Origin: Eledone cirrhosa
Lineage: Eukaryota
Length of the DNA: 64,000 nt
Assembly: GCA_964016885.1 (NCBI GenBank)
Contig: OZ024758.1
Coordinates: 16,926,001-16,990,000 of the forward strand
Direction: 5' to 3'
Notes under the pieces: generated by a model
Seen by the model: only the letters and a program-made list of their open reading frames with translations
Databases searched by the model: none
What the model was told of the DNA's origin: nothing
Shown here: piece by piece, positions 39,191 to 53,500 of the stretch
Numbering within the stretch: the stretch's first letter is position 1
How the letters are laid out: each line of letters starts with the position of its first letter
Position numbers and translations under genes: made by a program

Positions 39191-40790
39191 AGTTAGCGAG
39201 TTGGATTGCTGGTTCTTAAAAGATTGTTGTTACATTACGTGTGCTTATTGTTGTTTGTTTCGATTATATTGTTATTACAGTGTTGCAGTGTATTTGTTTA
39301 GCCATAAGGACACAACAATAACATAAATATTCACTTTGTGCGAATTGTGCCTTAAACGGGCGTAATTTTTAATTTTGTTTTCTTTATGGGAAAGTTAGAT
39401 TCGAATTACAGGAATTTGCTTTACTTGCCACATTCACAAATGCATCTTCGTGTAAAATGTGAACAGACTGTGTATAGGTGCAATATATGAGAGGGACTTC
39501 TTTTTGTGAGTTTGATAGGGTAATTATTTTGTTTAATTTGAAATTTAATTGGTTGGTGTTATCTTTCACGATCTTTATATATTGTTTTTGTTCTTGAGAA
39601 ATTCATTAATTTTGGTCTCTATTCATGATTAAGAAAATATTAGTTTTGTTACACTTTTTATATTTTTTGAATTAATTTTCTTTGATCATATACAATTTAT
39701 ATAATGTTTATGATTTATAAAAGTAACAAATCAATAATCACTGGACAGATTTTATGGGCAAAACCAATTGGCAAGAAACCCAGGGGTAGACCCCGAGCAA
39801 GATGGTTGGATAACATTCATGAGCATGAGCTAGGTTGGTCTAGCTTGGGGGATCCAGCCAAATCAGGTGGAAACAGTTGCTTGTAACAGGACCCGCTGGA
39901 AAGAGCGTTTGAGGACTCTGTCATCCTAAGACCCTCCCAGGAATAAGTGGCTGAAGAAAAAGAAGACAAATCATTAAAAAGTGCCAGAAATTTGGTACTT
40001 TATTTTATTGACCTCAAAAGGATGAAAGGCGAAATTGACTTTGGCAGGATTCAAACTCAGAGAGCAGATAGTCGAAATAAATACTGCAAAGCATACTATT
40101 CAACGTTCTAACGACTCTGCCAATTCTCCACCTAGAAACTTGTACAGAGGTCAAAGATGTGGGATTTTGTTTAGGCTGAGAATATGCTGTGATAAGTTGA
40201 GGAATTTATCTCCTTGCATGGGTTGAATAATTTTGTATAATCTGCATAGTTTATTTGCATTGCTGTGTCTAATGTGTTTTGAAAAGAAATACTGTATTCT
40301 ATAGAGAGCTGAGTATATGTTGCTTGATAAATGTTTCTCATATAATGATTTATGTATTTTATTTATTAATTGTAAAATTTCAGCATCTATATTTTCAACC
40401 TCCTGGGTTGCTACATCTTTCAATCAATTTCTTTTAGAATTCTGTCAAAGATTTTCAATTTTCTTTATGTGTTGTCATATCATGAAGCTTTATCTACATA
40501 TAAATTTGAGTCACTTCCATCCACCTTTACACAATGTGTGTTTGTATGAAAGTATGTGTGTAAAAGGAAGGAAAGGGATGGTGAAAACACTATAGAAAAA
40601 CAGTGACTGACGTGCCATTTGCTACGTTGTGTGTGAGTGTGTGTATGTATGTTTGTGTAAATGCATGTTTGTTTGTGTAAATGTATGTGTGTATTTGTGC
40701 AAATGTATGACTGTAAGTGTGTATTTTTGTAAGTGTGTCTGTGTTTGTGTGTTTATATTTATATACACATCTATATAGATGTATGCATAT

Positions 40791-41123
40791 GCACATGGCT
40801 TAGTGGTTAGAGCATTGGGCTTGCAATCGAAAGGTTGTGAGTTCAATTCTCATACCGGGTGATGTGTTGTTTCCTTGAGCAAGACACTTTATTTCACATT
40901 GCTCCAGTTTACTCAGCTGTAGAAATGAGATGATAGGACTCGGGTCTCTATCATTCCACTGCAAAGTGGTCGTGGAGGTGCCACGGCAAAAAAGCAGCCC
41001 ACACTGCAAAGTGGACGTGTAGGTCTACAGTAGGTGCCAAGGAAAAAAGCACCCAGCACTCACTGTAAATGAGGTTGGTGTTAGGAAGGGCATCCAGCTG
41101 TAGAAATCAAGCCAGAATCAGTT
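40791..41123 (+). mobile_element. SINE family B with RTE-derived tail
   Basis: Collinear with 7588-7870; carries an extra 48-bp-type unit. Confidence 0.8.
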
Positions 41124-42156
41124 ATTCTTTTTAAGCTTATTTTTTTATATCTGAACTTCATTTGAATATATAAATTTGAATTACCATAAAATTTTACTTA
41201 TGTGATAGGGTCCAGGAAAGGCACCATAAGCAATGCTAGCATGCTCTTTTAAGAATCAACAAATGTTGGTTTGTCTCCCTCACATTTTTAAGGCAAACAA
41301 GGCTCCTGGCCACAGACATAAATAAAGACACATTGCCAAATAATCAAAAAATCCAGAAACTTAATGCCAGTCTCTCCAAGAAGTTAATAATTTTAGATAG
41401 CCTCACACAAACTGCTTTCACACATATTGCAGCACAGGTATGGTAAAATTAGAAAATGTGTGTAATTAATTAAGAACTAATGTTCAAATGAAATTATGAA
41501 CCAGGTTAAATTAATCAACTTTAATCATGAATATACTAGCCCACTCACCATTAATTCAGTTAAAATGCAGCATTAAGAATGAGGACAGAAAAGATTATAT
41601 TTGGGAAGAGGTACCAAGTTCTGCTTCATCCTCAAATATTGGTTACTTTTCAAAGAATGTATATAATATTACATAGGTGGCGAATTGGCAGAATTGTTAG
41701 AACATTGGATAGAATGCTTTATGTTATTCGTTCCCGCTTTCTGAGTTCAAATCCCGCCAAGGTCAACTTTGCCTTTCATCTTTTATGGTCAATAAAAAAA
41801 AGTACCAGTCTAGTACTGGGGTTGATTCTTCCTTTATATCTCTTTCTCATTTCCTCTCTCTCACTTTCTATCTTTCTCTGGAAGGCCTGGAGAGGGATGA
41901 ATTGAGAGATCACAGCTCCAATACTATGGGTATGTGTATAAGAATATCTCAGGAAAGAATCACTGGAGAGATATTACAGACCAAAACCAACTTGCAGGAG
42001 ACCCAGTGGTAAACACAGAGCAAGATGGTTGGATAACATCCATGAGCTTTGCTGATCTTGCTTGGGGATCCAGAACCCGCTGGAAGGAGTGTGTGAGGTC
42101 TCTGCTCCACAACCCTCTCAGGAATAAGTGAGCATAGAAAAAGAAGAGTTATATCT

Positions 42157-42349
42157 AATAATTGTTTCTACTTTTTGGCACAAGGCCAGCAATTATTCCA
42201 GTGTATTACTGGTGCTTTATTTTATCGACCCCGTAAGGATGAAAGGCAAAGTTAACCTCGGCGGGATTTGAACTCAGATCGTAAAGGGACGTAACTATGC
42301 TGGAAAGCATAATCCAACCCTCTACCGATACTGCCAATTCACTGCCCTA
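42157..42349 (-). mobile_element. SINE family A
   Basis: Consensus-like; further copies at 29582-29707(-), 39990-40131(-), 41675-41826(+) and 62352-62548(-). Confidence 0.85.
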
Positions 42350-42351
42350 TA

Positions 42352-42812
42352 TTATATCTAATAATAGTAAGTAAATATAAAATTACTTTTGACTGATATA
42401 CTCTTAATTAAACATATCTAGTGGTTGATAGAGAAATAAATGAAAAGATTGATAGACAGATAGATGAGATGGTTGGGTGATTGTGTGTGTGTCTGTGAGT
42501 GAGTGTTTTGTGTGTGTGAGTGTTTTGTGTGTGCGCATGTGTTTTGGGTGTGTATGTGAGTGTGTGTTTTGTGTGCAAGTGTGTGTTTTAGTGTGTGTGA
42601 GAGGACATTAGAAGTACCGATATAAGTTTATTGTAAGTTTGGCTCACTCCTCCTGCCCCTCAAATAATAATGTGAGGTGGTGGAATCTGAGTTATATCTA
42701 ATAATCTGATAGTAAGTAAATATAAAATTACTTTTGACTGATATACTCTTATTTAAACATATCTACTGGTTGATAGAGAAATAAATGAAAAGATTGATAG
42801 ACAGATAGATGA
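42352..42812. repeat. Dispersed duplication of about 115 bp (42352-42467 and 42692-42812)
   Basis: ttatatctaataat..agtaagtaaatataaaattacttttgactgatatactc...gacagatagatga occurs twice. Confidence 0.85.
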
Positions 42813-43102
42813 ATACAAATACATAAATACTCATATATATAAATATTCTGGAGGACACTGCATTTGTTGCAGAATCAGTTGGAGAGGGTTGCTTCTGATA
42901 CGACCCACTGGAAGGAGTGTTTGAGGGCTCTGCCCCACAACCCTCTCAAGAAGAAGAAGAAGGAGAAGGAGAGGGAAGAGAAGAAGGAGGAGAGGGAAAA
43001 GAAGAAGAAGAGAAAGACTACTGTTGAAATTAGATTTGTTTTCTTCCTCCTATTTAAATTCTAAACATTAATCCTGGGATGCAACCCTTGAAAGCACTTG
43101 TA

Positions 43103-43330
43103 TTAACCCTTTACCATTTACATTACTCTATATTTATTATTATATCTTCACTGTAAAGGCTTTACTTCACATCATTTCTCACACAATATCCAATCTATGA
43201 GATTTCGGTATTATTTATTTTGAGAGTAATTCCTTAAAATCAGTATAAAAGGCCGGTTACAGCCAGTTTGAACAGAAAGAGGTGAGAGAATTCTGGCCAG
43301 TTATGGTCGGTTTAAATGCTAAAGGGTTAA
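43103..43330. mobile_element. piggyBac-type MITE (best-preserved copy)
   Basis: ttaaccctttaccattta ... taaatgctaaagggttaa: TTAA target site plus CCC/GGG termini. Confidence 0.8.
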
Positions 43331-43932
43331 AAGGATTCACAATCTAGTCATACACCTCAAATACAAAATACCACTAAATCACATTTCCTCATTCCATTTC
43401 GTTGAAGTAACTACTGAACCATTCACTCTCCCCTAAAGTTACATCACCTTTAATTGATTACAATTCTGTTGTAAATTGATGAGATTCCCTTTTCAGAATA
43501 TTATGACAGAAGAAATAAAGTTTTTTTTTTTTTAATGAATAATGAAACATTTTTACAACTTCTAATGTTGTACGGGCTTCTTGAAGCTGCAAATTAATTT
43601 CATCAAACTTCTTCAAAATGCCTGCTGCCAAATAAAAAAAGGCATCATGCCATATTGTGTTTAATTGTTGTCAGAGACCAACTACATCTTTATTTTCAAA
43701 AACCTTCACTGATATTGTCATATCATCATCATCATCATCATCATCATTATCATCAGTAGAGGAAGACCACGAAAAACATGGGCGGAGGTGGTGAGAGCAG
43801 ACCTCAGATCGCTGAAGCTCACAGAGGAGATGACGAAGGAGCGTGACAAGTGGAGAGATGCTGTGCTGAATAGGATTCGTCCCACCCTTGCAAGCAGGGA
43901 AAAGCGGACGTAAAATGATGATGTTGATGAGG

Positions 43933-44665
43933 ATCATCATCATCATTTAATGTCCTTCTTCCATGCTAGCATGGGTTAGACAGTTTTGTTGATGTGGGAT
44001 TGTTGATGTGGGATTGTTGATGTGGGATTGGTTGATGTGGGATTGGTTGATGTGGGATTGGTTGAGAGACCATCTCTTGCTTGTACAGAACTATCCCTGG
44101 CAGGTTTTATATGGATGAACGCCCTTACAAACACCAACCACATTTACACTGTGGACTGGGAGCCTTTTTAACGTGTTTCCTACACGACCACTTCACAGTG
44201 TGAACTGGGTGCTTTTTGTTGTGTCACCAACACGACCACTTCACCGTGTGGACTGGGTGCATTTTGTTGTGTCACCAACACGACCACTTCACAGTGTGGA
44301 CTGGGTGCTTTTTGTTGTGTCACCAACACGACCACTTCACCGTGTGGACTGGGTGCATTTTGTTGTGTCACCAACACGACCACTTCACCGTGTGGACTGG
44401 GTGCATTTTGTTGTGTCACCAACATGACCACTTCACAGTGTGGACTGGGTGCATTTTGTTGTGTCACCGACACGACCACTTGACAGTGTGGACTGGGTGC
44501 TTTTTGTTATGGCAGCAACACGACCAGTTTACAGTGGACAGAAATGGGAAGATAGAGTAGCGTGTGTGGGGTGGGGTGTATATTAGGTTAAGAGGTGCCT
44601 ACTGACTGTAGGTTTAAGTTTGTATGCAAGGGAAGGCGGGCCTTCTGTACAACTGCATAGCATCA
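43933..44665 (-). mobile_element. RTE 3' end with 48-bp unit expanded to about 8 copies (44141-44540) and a 14-15-bp repeat x5 (43987-44065)
   Basis: (CAT)n tail; right flank gggtgta..gtgcctactg..gtaggttt..ggaaggcgggccttctg matches the ORF end and UTR of copy 2. Confidence 0.85.
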
Positions 44666-44691
44666 TATAATTCAACAAACTTGGTCAAACA

Positions 44692-45023
44692 TACTCTCAA
44701 GTCTTGAATAATCATCCCCTCCAACTCCGCTTATTAATTTTTCCGATTTTTGCCCCCCTTCTCCCCACTTCTAACCCACCATCTCCACCGCTTATCAAAT
44801 TTTGCTAATCTATCTCCGGCAAAATTTTATTGTAAGTGATTCATATTAATACAGAAACTGGAGAATCTAATAATTTTATTTTACCTTAAAAAAACATTAT
44901 ATATGACAAAAAAAGAGCATTACAAGAAATTCCATATTTACGAACGTACGCTATACAATTACCGATTCCTCCCAAACCCCGCCACTTATTCCAAACCCCT
45001 CTATTATTTGGGACCTGAGAGTA
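44692..45023. mobile_element. Tc1/mariner-type MITE
   Basis: tactctcaagtcttgaataat ... attatttgggacctgagagta. Confidence 0.65.
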
Positions 45024-45926
45024 TTTTTGGAAGCCTAAAAAAATATTTTCTGCATAGCCATAATTATTTCTGATTATTATCATGGCAGAGATAGTTGTAG
45101 AAACATTTTATCCTTTTTAGCTTTTGATTTGGTTTGATTCAGAACCACAACTATTATACTTAAATAAAGACTTGTATTCAGATGTTTTCCTACAAATTAT
45201 CTATGATTACACCATAGAATGTATTCACAAAATGTTTGGGGCCTCTTCTTTCAAGGCATTTATTTAAAGTTAAACCTTGTTTATACATATCTACTACAAT
45301 TCTATTGGCCTTAATATGATGGGAAGCAATAACACAGCTTTCTATATTCTATATCACAGCACTGCCTTATGATAAACTGTTGTCCTCTGACACTAGTGCA
45401 AAGCTATAAACGAGGGTAGCTGAAAGATTTATAGGAGGACCAAGATACTCTCATGGAATTACCAAATGAGGTTTATTTTTCAAAATAGTCCCTGAAAAGA
45501 AACAATGAAGCAAGCATGCTCCGTTGGATGTGCAATGTCAATGTGTGTGAACGACCAAGCATAGATGAGTTGAGAAAGAAACTGTGTATAAGAGGGATAA
45601 GTTGTAGTGTGCGGGAGAGAAGACTGAGATGGTATGGACATGTGATGTGCATGGGGGATGACCGCTGGGTAAAGAAGTGCCAAGAAATCCCAGTGGAAGG
45701 AAGAAGCAGTAGAGGAAGTCCACGAAAATCATGGGCAGAGGTGGTGAGAGCTGATCTCAGATAACTGAAGCTCATGGAGGAGATGATGAAGGACCGTGAC
45801 AAGTTGAGAGATGCTGTGCTGATGCTGAATAGGACCCGTCCAATCCTTGCAAGCAGGGAAAAGAGGATGTAAAATGATGATGATGATAATCCCATGAAAT
45901 ACTACATCGGCAATTGATGTCATGAA

Positions 45927-46388
45927 GGCACATGGCTGAGTGCTTAGAGCATTGGTCTTGCAATTGGAAGGTTGTGAGTTCAATTCTCGGACCGGGTAAT
46001 GCGTTGTTTCCTTGAGCAAGACACTTTATTTCCCGTTGCTCCCTGTTTACTCAGCTGTAGAAATGAGTTGGGATGTCACTGGTGCCAGCAGTATCAGCCA
46101 TTGCTTTTCTTCTGGACAACATATGTAGTGTATATATAGTATATGAAGTGTATATTGTGGATATATATATATATTTATATATATATTGTGACAGCACTGG
46201 TGCCAAGCTATATCAGCCATAGCCTTTCCCTTCGACTTCATTGGTGGTGTGGAGAGGGGAAACTGGTATGCATGGGTGACTGCTGGTCTTCCCCCAAACA
46301 ACCTTGCCTGGACTTGTGCCTCGAAAGGAAACTTTTTAGGTGCAAATCCCAGGGTCATTCATGACCAAAGGGAGTCTTTACCCTTTAA
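45927..46388 (+). mobile_element. SINE with family-B head but a different 3' body, split by a TA-rich insert
   Basis: Same head as 7588; cactggtgcca..tatcagccat repeated at about 46078 and 46196. Confidence 0.6.
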
Positions 46389-47249
46389 CTGACATCATTC
46401 TTCTCATGAATAGCAATGTAACTGTCAAATAATGTTTGAAAGCAGTTTAAGAAATATAAATCTAAAATTATTTCCAAAGAGAAGAGACCGGAACATTTTT
46501 ATCACTGAAAGTTCCTTACACTTTGAAGAAGGGATTTTAAGTCCAGAAATATTAGGATGAAAAAAACAAACAAAGATTAACAGGTAACTTACTTTTTCGT
46601 TACCTTATCTTACCATCTATTTTGCATTGTTTAGTCTTATATAACTTTCCACATTATATATTATATACAATGCTTCAAGCAAACTACATTTTACTATTCC
46701 TTTGGAAGTTGTTTGTTCACAAGAAATTCAATGAAACTCATCTTTAGATACTCTGATAAATATCCACAAACACAATCCCTTTTTCTTTTTTTTTTGAGAC
46801 ATGGTTTTAATATATATTGCAAGAATTATTTGACACTCACCAAACAGAAATACTCATTCAGTACAAACCTTGATTTATATTTCAAAGCATTATGGTTGTA
46901 CTGTCAATTGATATTAAAAATAAATCTAATCTAAATCTAAGCTTACTGATATCTGAAAATACAATGCAGCAATGCTAGAAAAACTTAACAGTCCTGAGTC
47001 AATTTAAACAGATCCATAGTATATAGATATAATTCCATTATAAGTAGATAAAGATTTAGATATGGATCTAGATCATGATTTACTATATGGATTCTAGATT
47101 TACTAAATTATTCATCATCATCATCATTATCTAATTCATCATACATCTCATGCTGCTATGAGTTGAATGATTTGTCATGGTCTGAGACCAAATGAGTTGG
47201 TGCGATCTCATCTTGTTCATATGTTCTATATTTGGCATGGATTTTATGG

Positions 47250-47500
47250 TGGGTTGTAGATTGGCGTTGCTTTTATCAGTTGTCATACACTTTGTTTTGG
47301 GTATATTGATGTGCAAAGCCAGTCTCCAGCGAATGTTTAGTCAGTACATTCAGAAAGTCTTGAAGATCAGTTCTAGAGTAACTCATGAAGGCCAGATCGT
47401 CTGCATAGCAAAGATTTGATAGGATTTTACCTCTTTAATCTCTGATGATGGAGATCGAACTTTGTGGAGAAAAATATCTCATGCTGATGTGCAGTCTGCA
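47250..47500 (-). pseudogene. Decayed non-LTR RT fragment
   Basis: SNLCYADDLAFMSYSRTDLQDFLNVL...HINIPKTKCM with a frameshift. Confidence 0.7.
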
Positions 47501-47560
47501 ATTGGCAGAGTTTAGCATCAAAGTAATAGTTATGGCGGGTGCCTTTCCTAACATCAACCA

Positions 47561-50500
47561 CCTTTCAGTGTGTACTGGGTGTGTTTTTAAGTGGCACCAG
47601 TACTACCAATTTACAGTGTGTACTGGGTGTGTTTTTAAGTGGCACCAATACTACCAATTTACAGTGTGTACTGGGTGTGTTTTTAAGTGGCACCAATACT
47701 ACCAATTTACAGTGTGTACTGGATGTATTTTTCAGTGGTACCAATACTACCAATTTACAGTGTGTACTGGGTGTATTTTTAAGTGGCACCAATACTACCA
47801 ATTTACAGTGTGTACTGGGTGTGTTTTTAAGTGGCACCAATACTACCAATTTACAGTGTGTACTGGGTGTGTTTTTAAGTGGCACCAATACTACCAATTT
47901 ACAGTGTGTACTGGGTGTGTTTTTAAGTGGTACCAATACTACCAATTTACAGTGTGTACTGGGTGTATTTTTAAGTGGCACCAATACTACCAATTTACAG
48001 TGTGTACTGGGTGTGTTTTTAAGTGGTACCAATACTACCAATTTACAGTGTGTACTGGGTGTATTTTTAAGTGGCACCAATACTACCAATTTACAGTGTG
48101 TACTGGGTGTGTTTTTAAGTGGTAACAATACTACCAATTTACAGTGTGTACTGGGTGTATTTTTAAGTGGCACCAATACTACCAATTAACAGTGTGTACT
48201 GGGTGTGTTTTTAAGTGGCACCAATACTACCAATTTACAGTGTGTACTGGGTGTGTTTTTCAGTGGCACCAATACTACCAATTTACAGTGTGTACTGGGT
48301 GTGTTTTTAAGTGGCACCAATACTACCAATTTACAGTGTGTACTGGGTGTGTTTTTAAGTGGCACCAATACTACCAATTTTCAGTGTGTACTGGGTGTGT
48401 TTTTAAGTGACACCAATACTACCAATTTACAGTGTGTACTGGGTGTGTTTTTAAGTGGCACCAATACTACCAATTTACAGTGTGTACTGGGTGTGTTTTT
48501 AAGTGGCACCAATACTACCAATTTACAGTGTGTACTGGGTGTGTTTTTAAGTGGCACCAATACTACCAATTTACAGTGTGTACTGGGTGTATTTTTAAGT
48601 GGCACCAATACTACCAATTTACAGTGCGTACAGGGTGTGTTTTTAAGTGGCACCAATACTACCAATTTACAGTGTGTACTGGGTGTGTTTTTAAGTGGCA
48701 CCAATACTACCAATTTTCAGTGTGTATTGGGTGTGTTTTTAAGTGGCACCAATACTACCAATTTACAGTGTGTACTGGGTGTGTTTTTAAGTGGCACCAA
48801 TACTACCAATTTACAGTGTGTACAGGGTGTGTTTTTAAGTGGCACCAATACTACCAATTTACAGTGTGTACTGGGTGTATTTTTAAGTGGCACCAATACT
48901 ACCAATTTACAGTGTGTACAGGGTGTGTTTTTAAGTGGCACCAATACTACCAATTTACAGTGTGTACAGGGTGTGTTTTTAAGTGGCACCAATACTACCA
49001 ATTTACAGTGTGTACTGGGTGTGTTTTTAAGTGGCACCAATACTACCAATTTACAGTGTGTACTGGGTGTGTTTTTAAGTGGTACCAATACTACCAAATT
49101 ACAGTGTGTACTGGGTGTGTTTTTAAGTGGCACCAATACTACCAATTTACAGTGTGTACTGGGTGTGTTTTTAAGTGGCACCAATACTACCAATTTACAG
49201 TGTGTACTGGGTGTGTTTTTAAGTGGTACCAATACTACCAATTTACAGTGTGTACTGGGTGTGTTTTTAAGTGGCACCAATACTACCAATTTACAGTGTG
49301 TACTGGGTGTGTTTTTAGGTGGCACCAATACTACTAATTTACAGTGTGTACAGGGTGTGTTTTTACGTGGCACCAATACTACCAATTTACAGTGTGTACT
49401 GGGTGTGTTTTTAAGTGGCACCAATACTACCAATTTACAGTGTGTACAGGGTGTGTTTTTAAGTGGCACCAATACTACCAATTTACAGTGTGTACTGGGT
49501 GTGTTTTTAAGTGGCACCAATACTACCAATTTTCAGTGTGTACTGGGTGTGTTTTTAAGTGGCACCAATACTACCAATTTACAGTGTGTACTGGGTGTGT
49601 TTTTAAGTGGTACCAATACTACCAATTTACAGTGTGTACTGGGTGTGTTTTTAAGTGGCACCAATACTACCAATTTACAGTGTGTACTGGGTGTGTTTTT
49701 AGGTGGCACCAATACTACTAATTTACAGTGTGTACAGGGTGTGTTTTTACGTGGCACCAATACTACCAATTTACAGTGTGTACTGGGTGTGTTTTTAAGT
49801 GGCACCAATACTACCAATTTACAGTGTGTACAGGGTGTGTTTTTAAGTGGCACCAATACTACCAATTTACAGTGTGTACAGGGTGTGTTTTTAAGTGGCA
49901 CCAATACTACCAATTTACAGTGTGTACTGGGTGTGTTTTTAAGTGGCACCAATACTACCAATTTACAGTGTGTACTGGGTGTGTTTTTAAGTGGTACCAA
50001 TACTACCAAATTACAGTGTGTACTGGGTGTGTTTTTAAGTGGCACCAATACTACCAATTTACAGTGTGTACTGGGTGTGTTTTTAAGTGGCACCAATACT
50101 ACCAATTTACAGTGTGTACTGGGTGTGTTTTTAAGTGGTACCAATACTACCAATTTACAGTGTGTACTGGGTGTGTTTTTAAGTGGCACCAATACTACCA
50201 ATTTACAGTGTGTACTGGGTGTGTTTTTAGGTGGCACCAATACTACTAATTTACAGTGTGTACAGGGTGTGTTTTTACGTGGCACCAATACTACCAATTT
50301 ACAGTGTGTACTGGGTGTATTTTTAAGTGGCACCAATACTACCAATTTACAGTGTGTACTGGGTGTGTTTTTAAGTGGCACCAATACTACCAATTTTCAG
50401 TGTGTACTGGGTGTGTTTTTAAGTGGCACCAATACTACCAATTTACAGTGTGTACTGGGTGTGTTTTTAAGTGGCACCAATACTACCAATTTACAGTGTG

Positions 50501-53500
50501 TACTGGGTGTGTTTTTAAGTGGCACCAATACTACCAATTTACAGTGTGTACTGGGTGTGTTTTTAAGTGGCACCAATACTACCAATTTTCAGTGTGTACT
50601 GGGTGTGTTTTTAAGTGGCACCAATACTACCAATTTACAGTGTGTACTGGGTGTGTTTTTAAGTGGCACCAATACTACCAATTTACGGTGTGTACTGGGT
50701 GTGTTTTTAAGTGGCACCAATACTACCAATTTACAGTGTGTACTGGGTGTATTTTTAAGTGGCACCAATACTACCAATTTACAGTGTGTACTGGGTGTAT
50801 TTTTAAGTGGCACCAATACTACCAATTTACAGTGCGTACAGGGTGTGTTTTTAAGTGGCACCAATACTACCAATTTACAGTGTGTACTGGGTGTGTTTTT
50901 AAGTGGCACCAATACTACCAATTTTCAGTGTGTATTGGGTGTGTTTTTAAGTGGCACCAATACTACCAATTTACAGTGTGTACTGGGTGTGTTTTTAAGT
51001 GGCACCAATACTACCAATTTACAGTGTGTACAGGGTGTGTTTTTAAGTGGCACCAATACTACCAATTTACAGTGTGTACTGGGTGTATTTTTAAGTGGCA
51101 CCAATACTACCAATTTACAGTGTGTACAGGGTGTGTTTTTAAGTGGCACCAATACTACCAATTTACAGTGTGTACAGGGTGTGTTTTTAAGTGGCACCAA
51201 TACTACCAATTTACAGTGTGTACTGGGTGTGTTTTTAAGTGGCACCAATACTACCAATTTACAGTGTGTACTGGGTGTGTTTTTAAGTGGTACCAATACT
51301 ACCAAATTACAGTGTGTACTGGGTGTGTTTTTAAGTGGCACCAATACTACCAATTTACAGTGTGTACTGGGTGTGTTTTTAAGTGGCACCAATACTACCA
51401 ATTTACAGTGTGTACTGGGTGTGTTTTTAAGTGGTACCAATACTACCAATTTACAGTGTGTACTGGGTGTGTTTTTAAGTGGCACCAATACTACCAATTT
51501 ACAGTGTGTACTGGGTGTGTTTTTAGGTGGCACCAATACTACTAACTTACAGTGTGTACAGGGTGTGTTTTTACGTGGCACCAATACTACCAATTTACAG
51601 TGTGTACTGGGTGTGTTTTTAAGTGTCACCAATACTACCAATTTACAGTGTGTACAGGGTGTGTTTTTAAGTGGTACCAATACTACCAAATTACAGTGTG
51701 TACTGGGTGTGTTTTTAAGTGGCACCAATACTACCAATTTACAGTGTGTACTGGGTGTGTTTTTAAGTGGCACCAATACTACCAATTTACAGTGTGTACT
51801 GGGTGTGTTTTTAAGTGGTACCAATACTACCAATTTACAGTGTGTACTGGGTGTGTTTTTAAGTGGCACCAATACTACCAATTTACAGTGTGTACTGGGT
51901 GTGTTTTTAGGTGGCACCAATACTACTAATTTACAGTGTGTACAGGGTGTGTTTTTACGTGGCACCAATACTACCAATTTACAGTGTGTACTGGGTGTAT
52001 TTTTAAGTGGCACCAATACTACCAATTTACAGTGTGTACTGGGTGTGTTTTTAAGTGGCACCAATACTACCAATTTTCAGTGTGTACTGGGTGTGTTTTT
52101 AAGTGGCACCAATACTACCAATTTACAGTGTGTACTGGGTGTGTTTTTAAGTGGCACCAATACTACCAATTTACAGTGTGTACTGGGTGTGTTTTTAAGT
52201 GGCACCAATACTACCAATTTACAGTGTGTACTGGGTGTGTTTTTAAGTGGCACCAATACTACCAATTTTCAGTGTGTACTGGGTGTGTTTTTAAGTGGCA
52301 CCAATACTACCAATTTACAGTGTGTACTGGGTGTGTTTTTAAGTGGCACCAATACTACCAATTTACGGTGTGTACTGGGTGTGTTTTTAAGTGGCACCAA
52401 TACTACCAATTTACAGTGTGTACTGGGTGTATTTTTAAGTGGCACCAATACTACCAATTTACAGTGTGTACTGGGTGTATTTTTAAGTGGCACCAATACT
52501 ACCAATTTACAGTGCGTACAGGGTGTGTTTTTAAGTGGCACCAATACTACCAATTTACAGTGTGTACTGGGTGTGTTTTTAAGTGGCACCAATACTACCA
52601 ATTTTCAGTGTGTATTGGGTGTGTTTTTAAGTGGCACCAATACTACAAATTTACAGTGTGTACTGGGTGTGTTTTTAAGTGGCACCAATACTACCAATTT
52701 ACAGTGTGTACAGGGTGTGTTTTTAAGTGGCACCAATACTACCAATTTACAGTGTGTACTGGGTGTATTTTTAAGTGGCACCAATACTACCAATTTACAG
52801 TGTGTACAGGGTGTGTTTTTAAGTCTCACCAATACTACCAATTTACAGTGTGTACAGGGTGTGTTTTTAAGTGGCACCAATACTACCAATTTACAGTGTG
52901 TACTGGGTGTGTTTTTAAGTGGCACCAATACTACCAATTTACAGTGTGTACTGGGTGTGTTTTTAAGTGGTACCAATACTACCAAATTACAGTGTGTACT
53001 GGGTGTGTTTTTAAGTGGCACCAATACTACCAATTTACAGTGTGTACTGGGTGTGTTTTTAAGTGGCACCAATACTACCAATTTACAGTGTGTACTGGGT
53101 GTGTTTTTAAGTGGTACCAATACTACCAATTTACAGTGTGTACTGGGTGTGTTTTTAAGTGGCACCAATACTACCAATTTACAGTGTGTACTGGGTGTGT
53201 TTTTAGGTGGCACCAATACTACTAATTTACAGTGTGTACAGGGTGTGTTTTTACGTGGCACCAATACTACCAATTTACAGTGTGTACTGGGTGTGTTTTT
53301 AAGTGTCACCAATACTACCAATTTACAGTGTGTACAGGGTGTGTTTTTAAGTGGCACCAATACTACCAATTTACAGTGTGTACTGGGTGTGTTTTTAAGT
53401 GGCACCAATACTACCAATTTTCAGTGCGTACTGGGTGTGTTTTTAAGTGGCACCAATACTACCAATTTACAGTGTGTACTGGGTGTGTTTTTAAGTGGTA

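Noticed and set aside
40151-40500. Protein-like minus-strand ORF (KDVATQEVENIDAEILQLINK)
   Set aside because: Stops and frameshifts nearby, no clear splice sites, no recognisable family
43550-43630. Possible minus-strand micro-exon (ILKKFDEINLQLQEARTTLEVVK)
   Set aside because: Acceptor-like site present but no convincing donor or partner exons; could be decayed transposase
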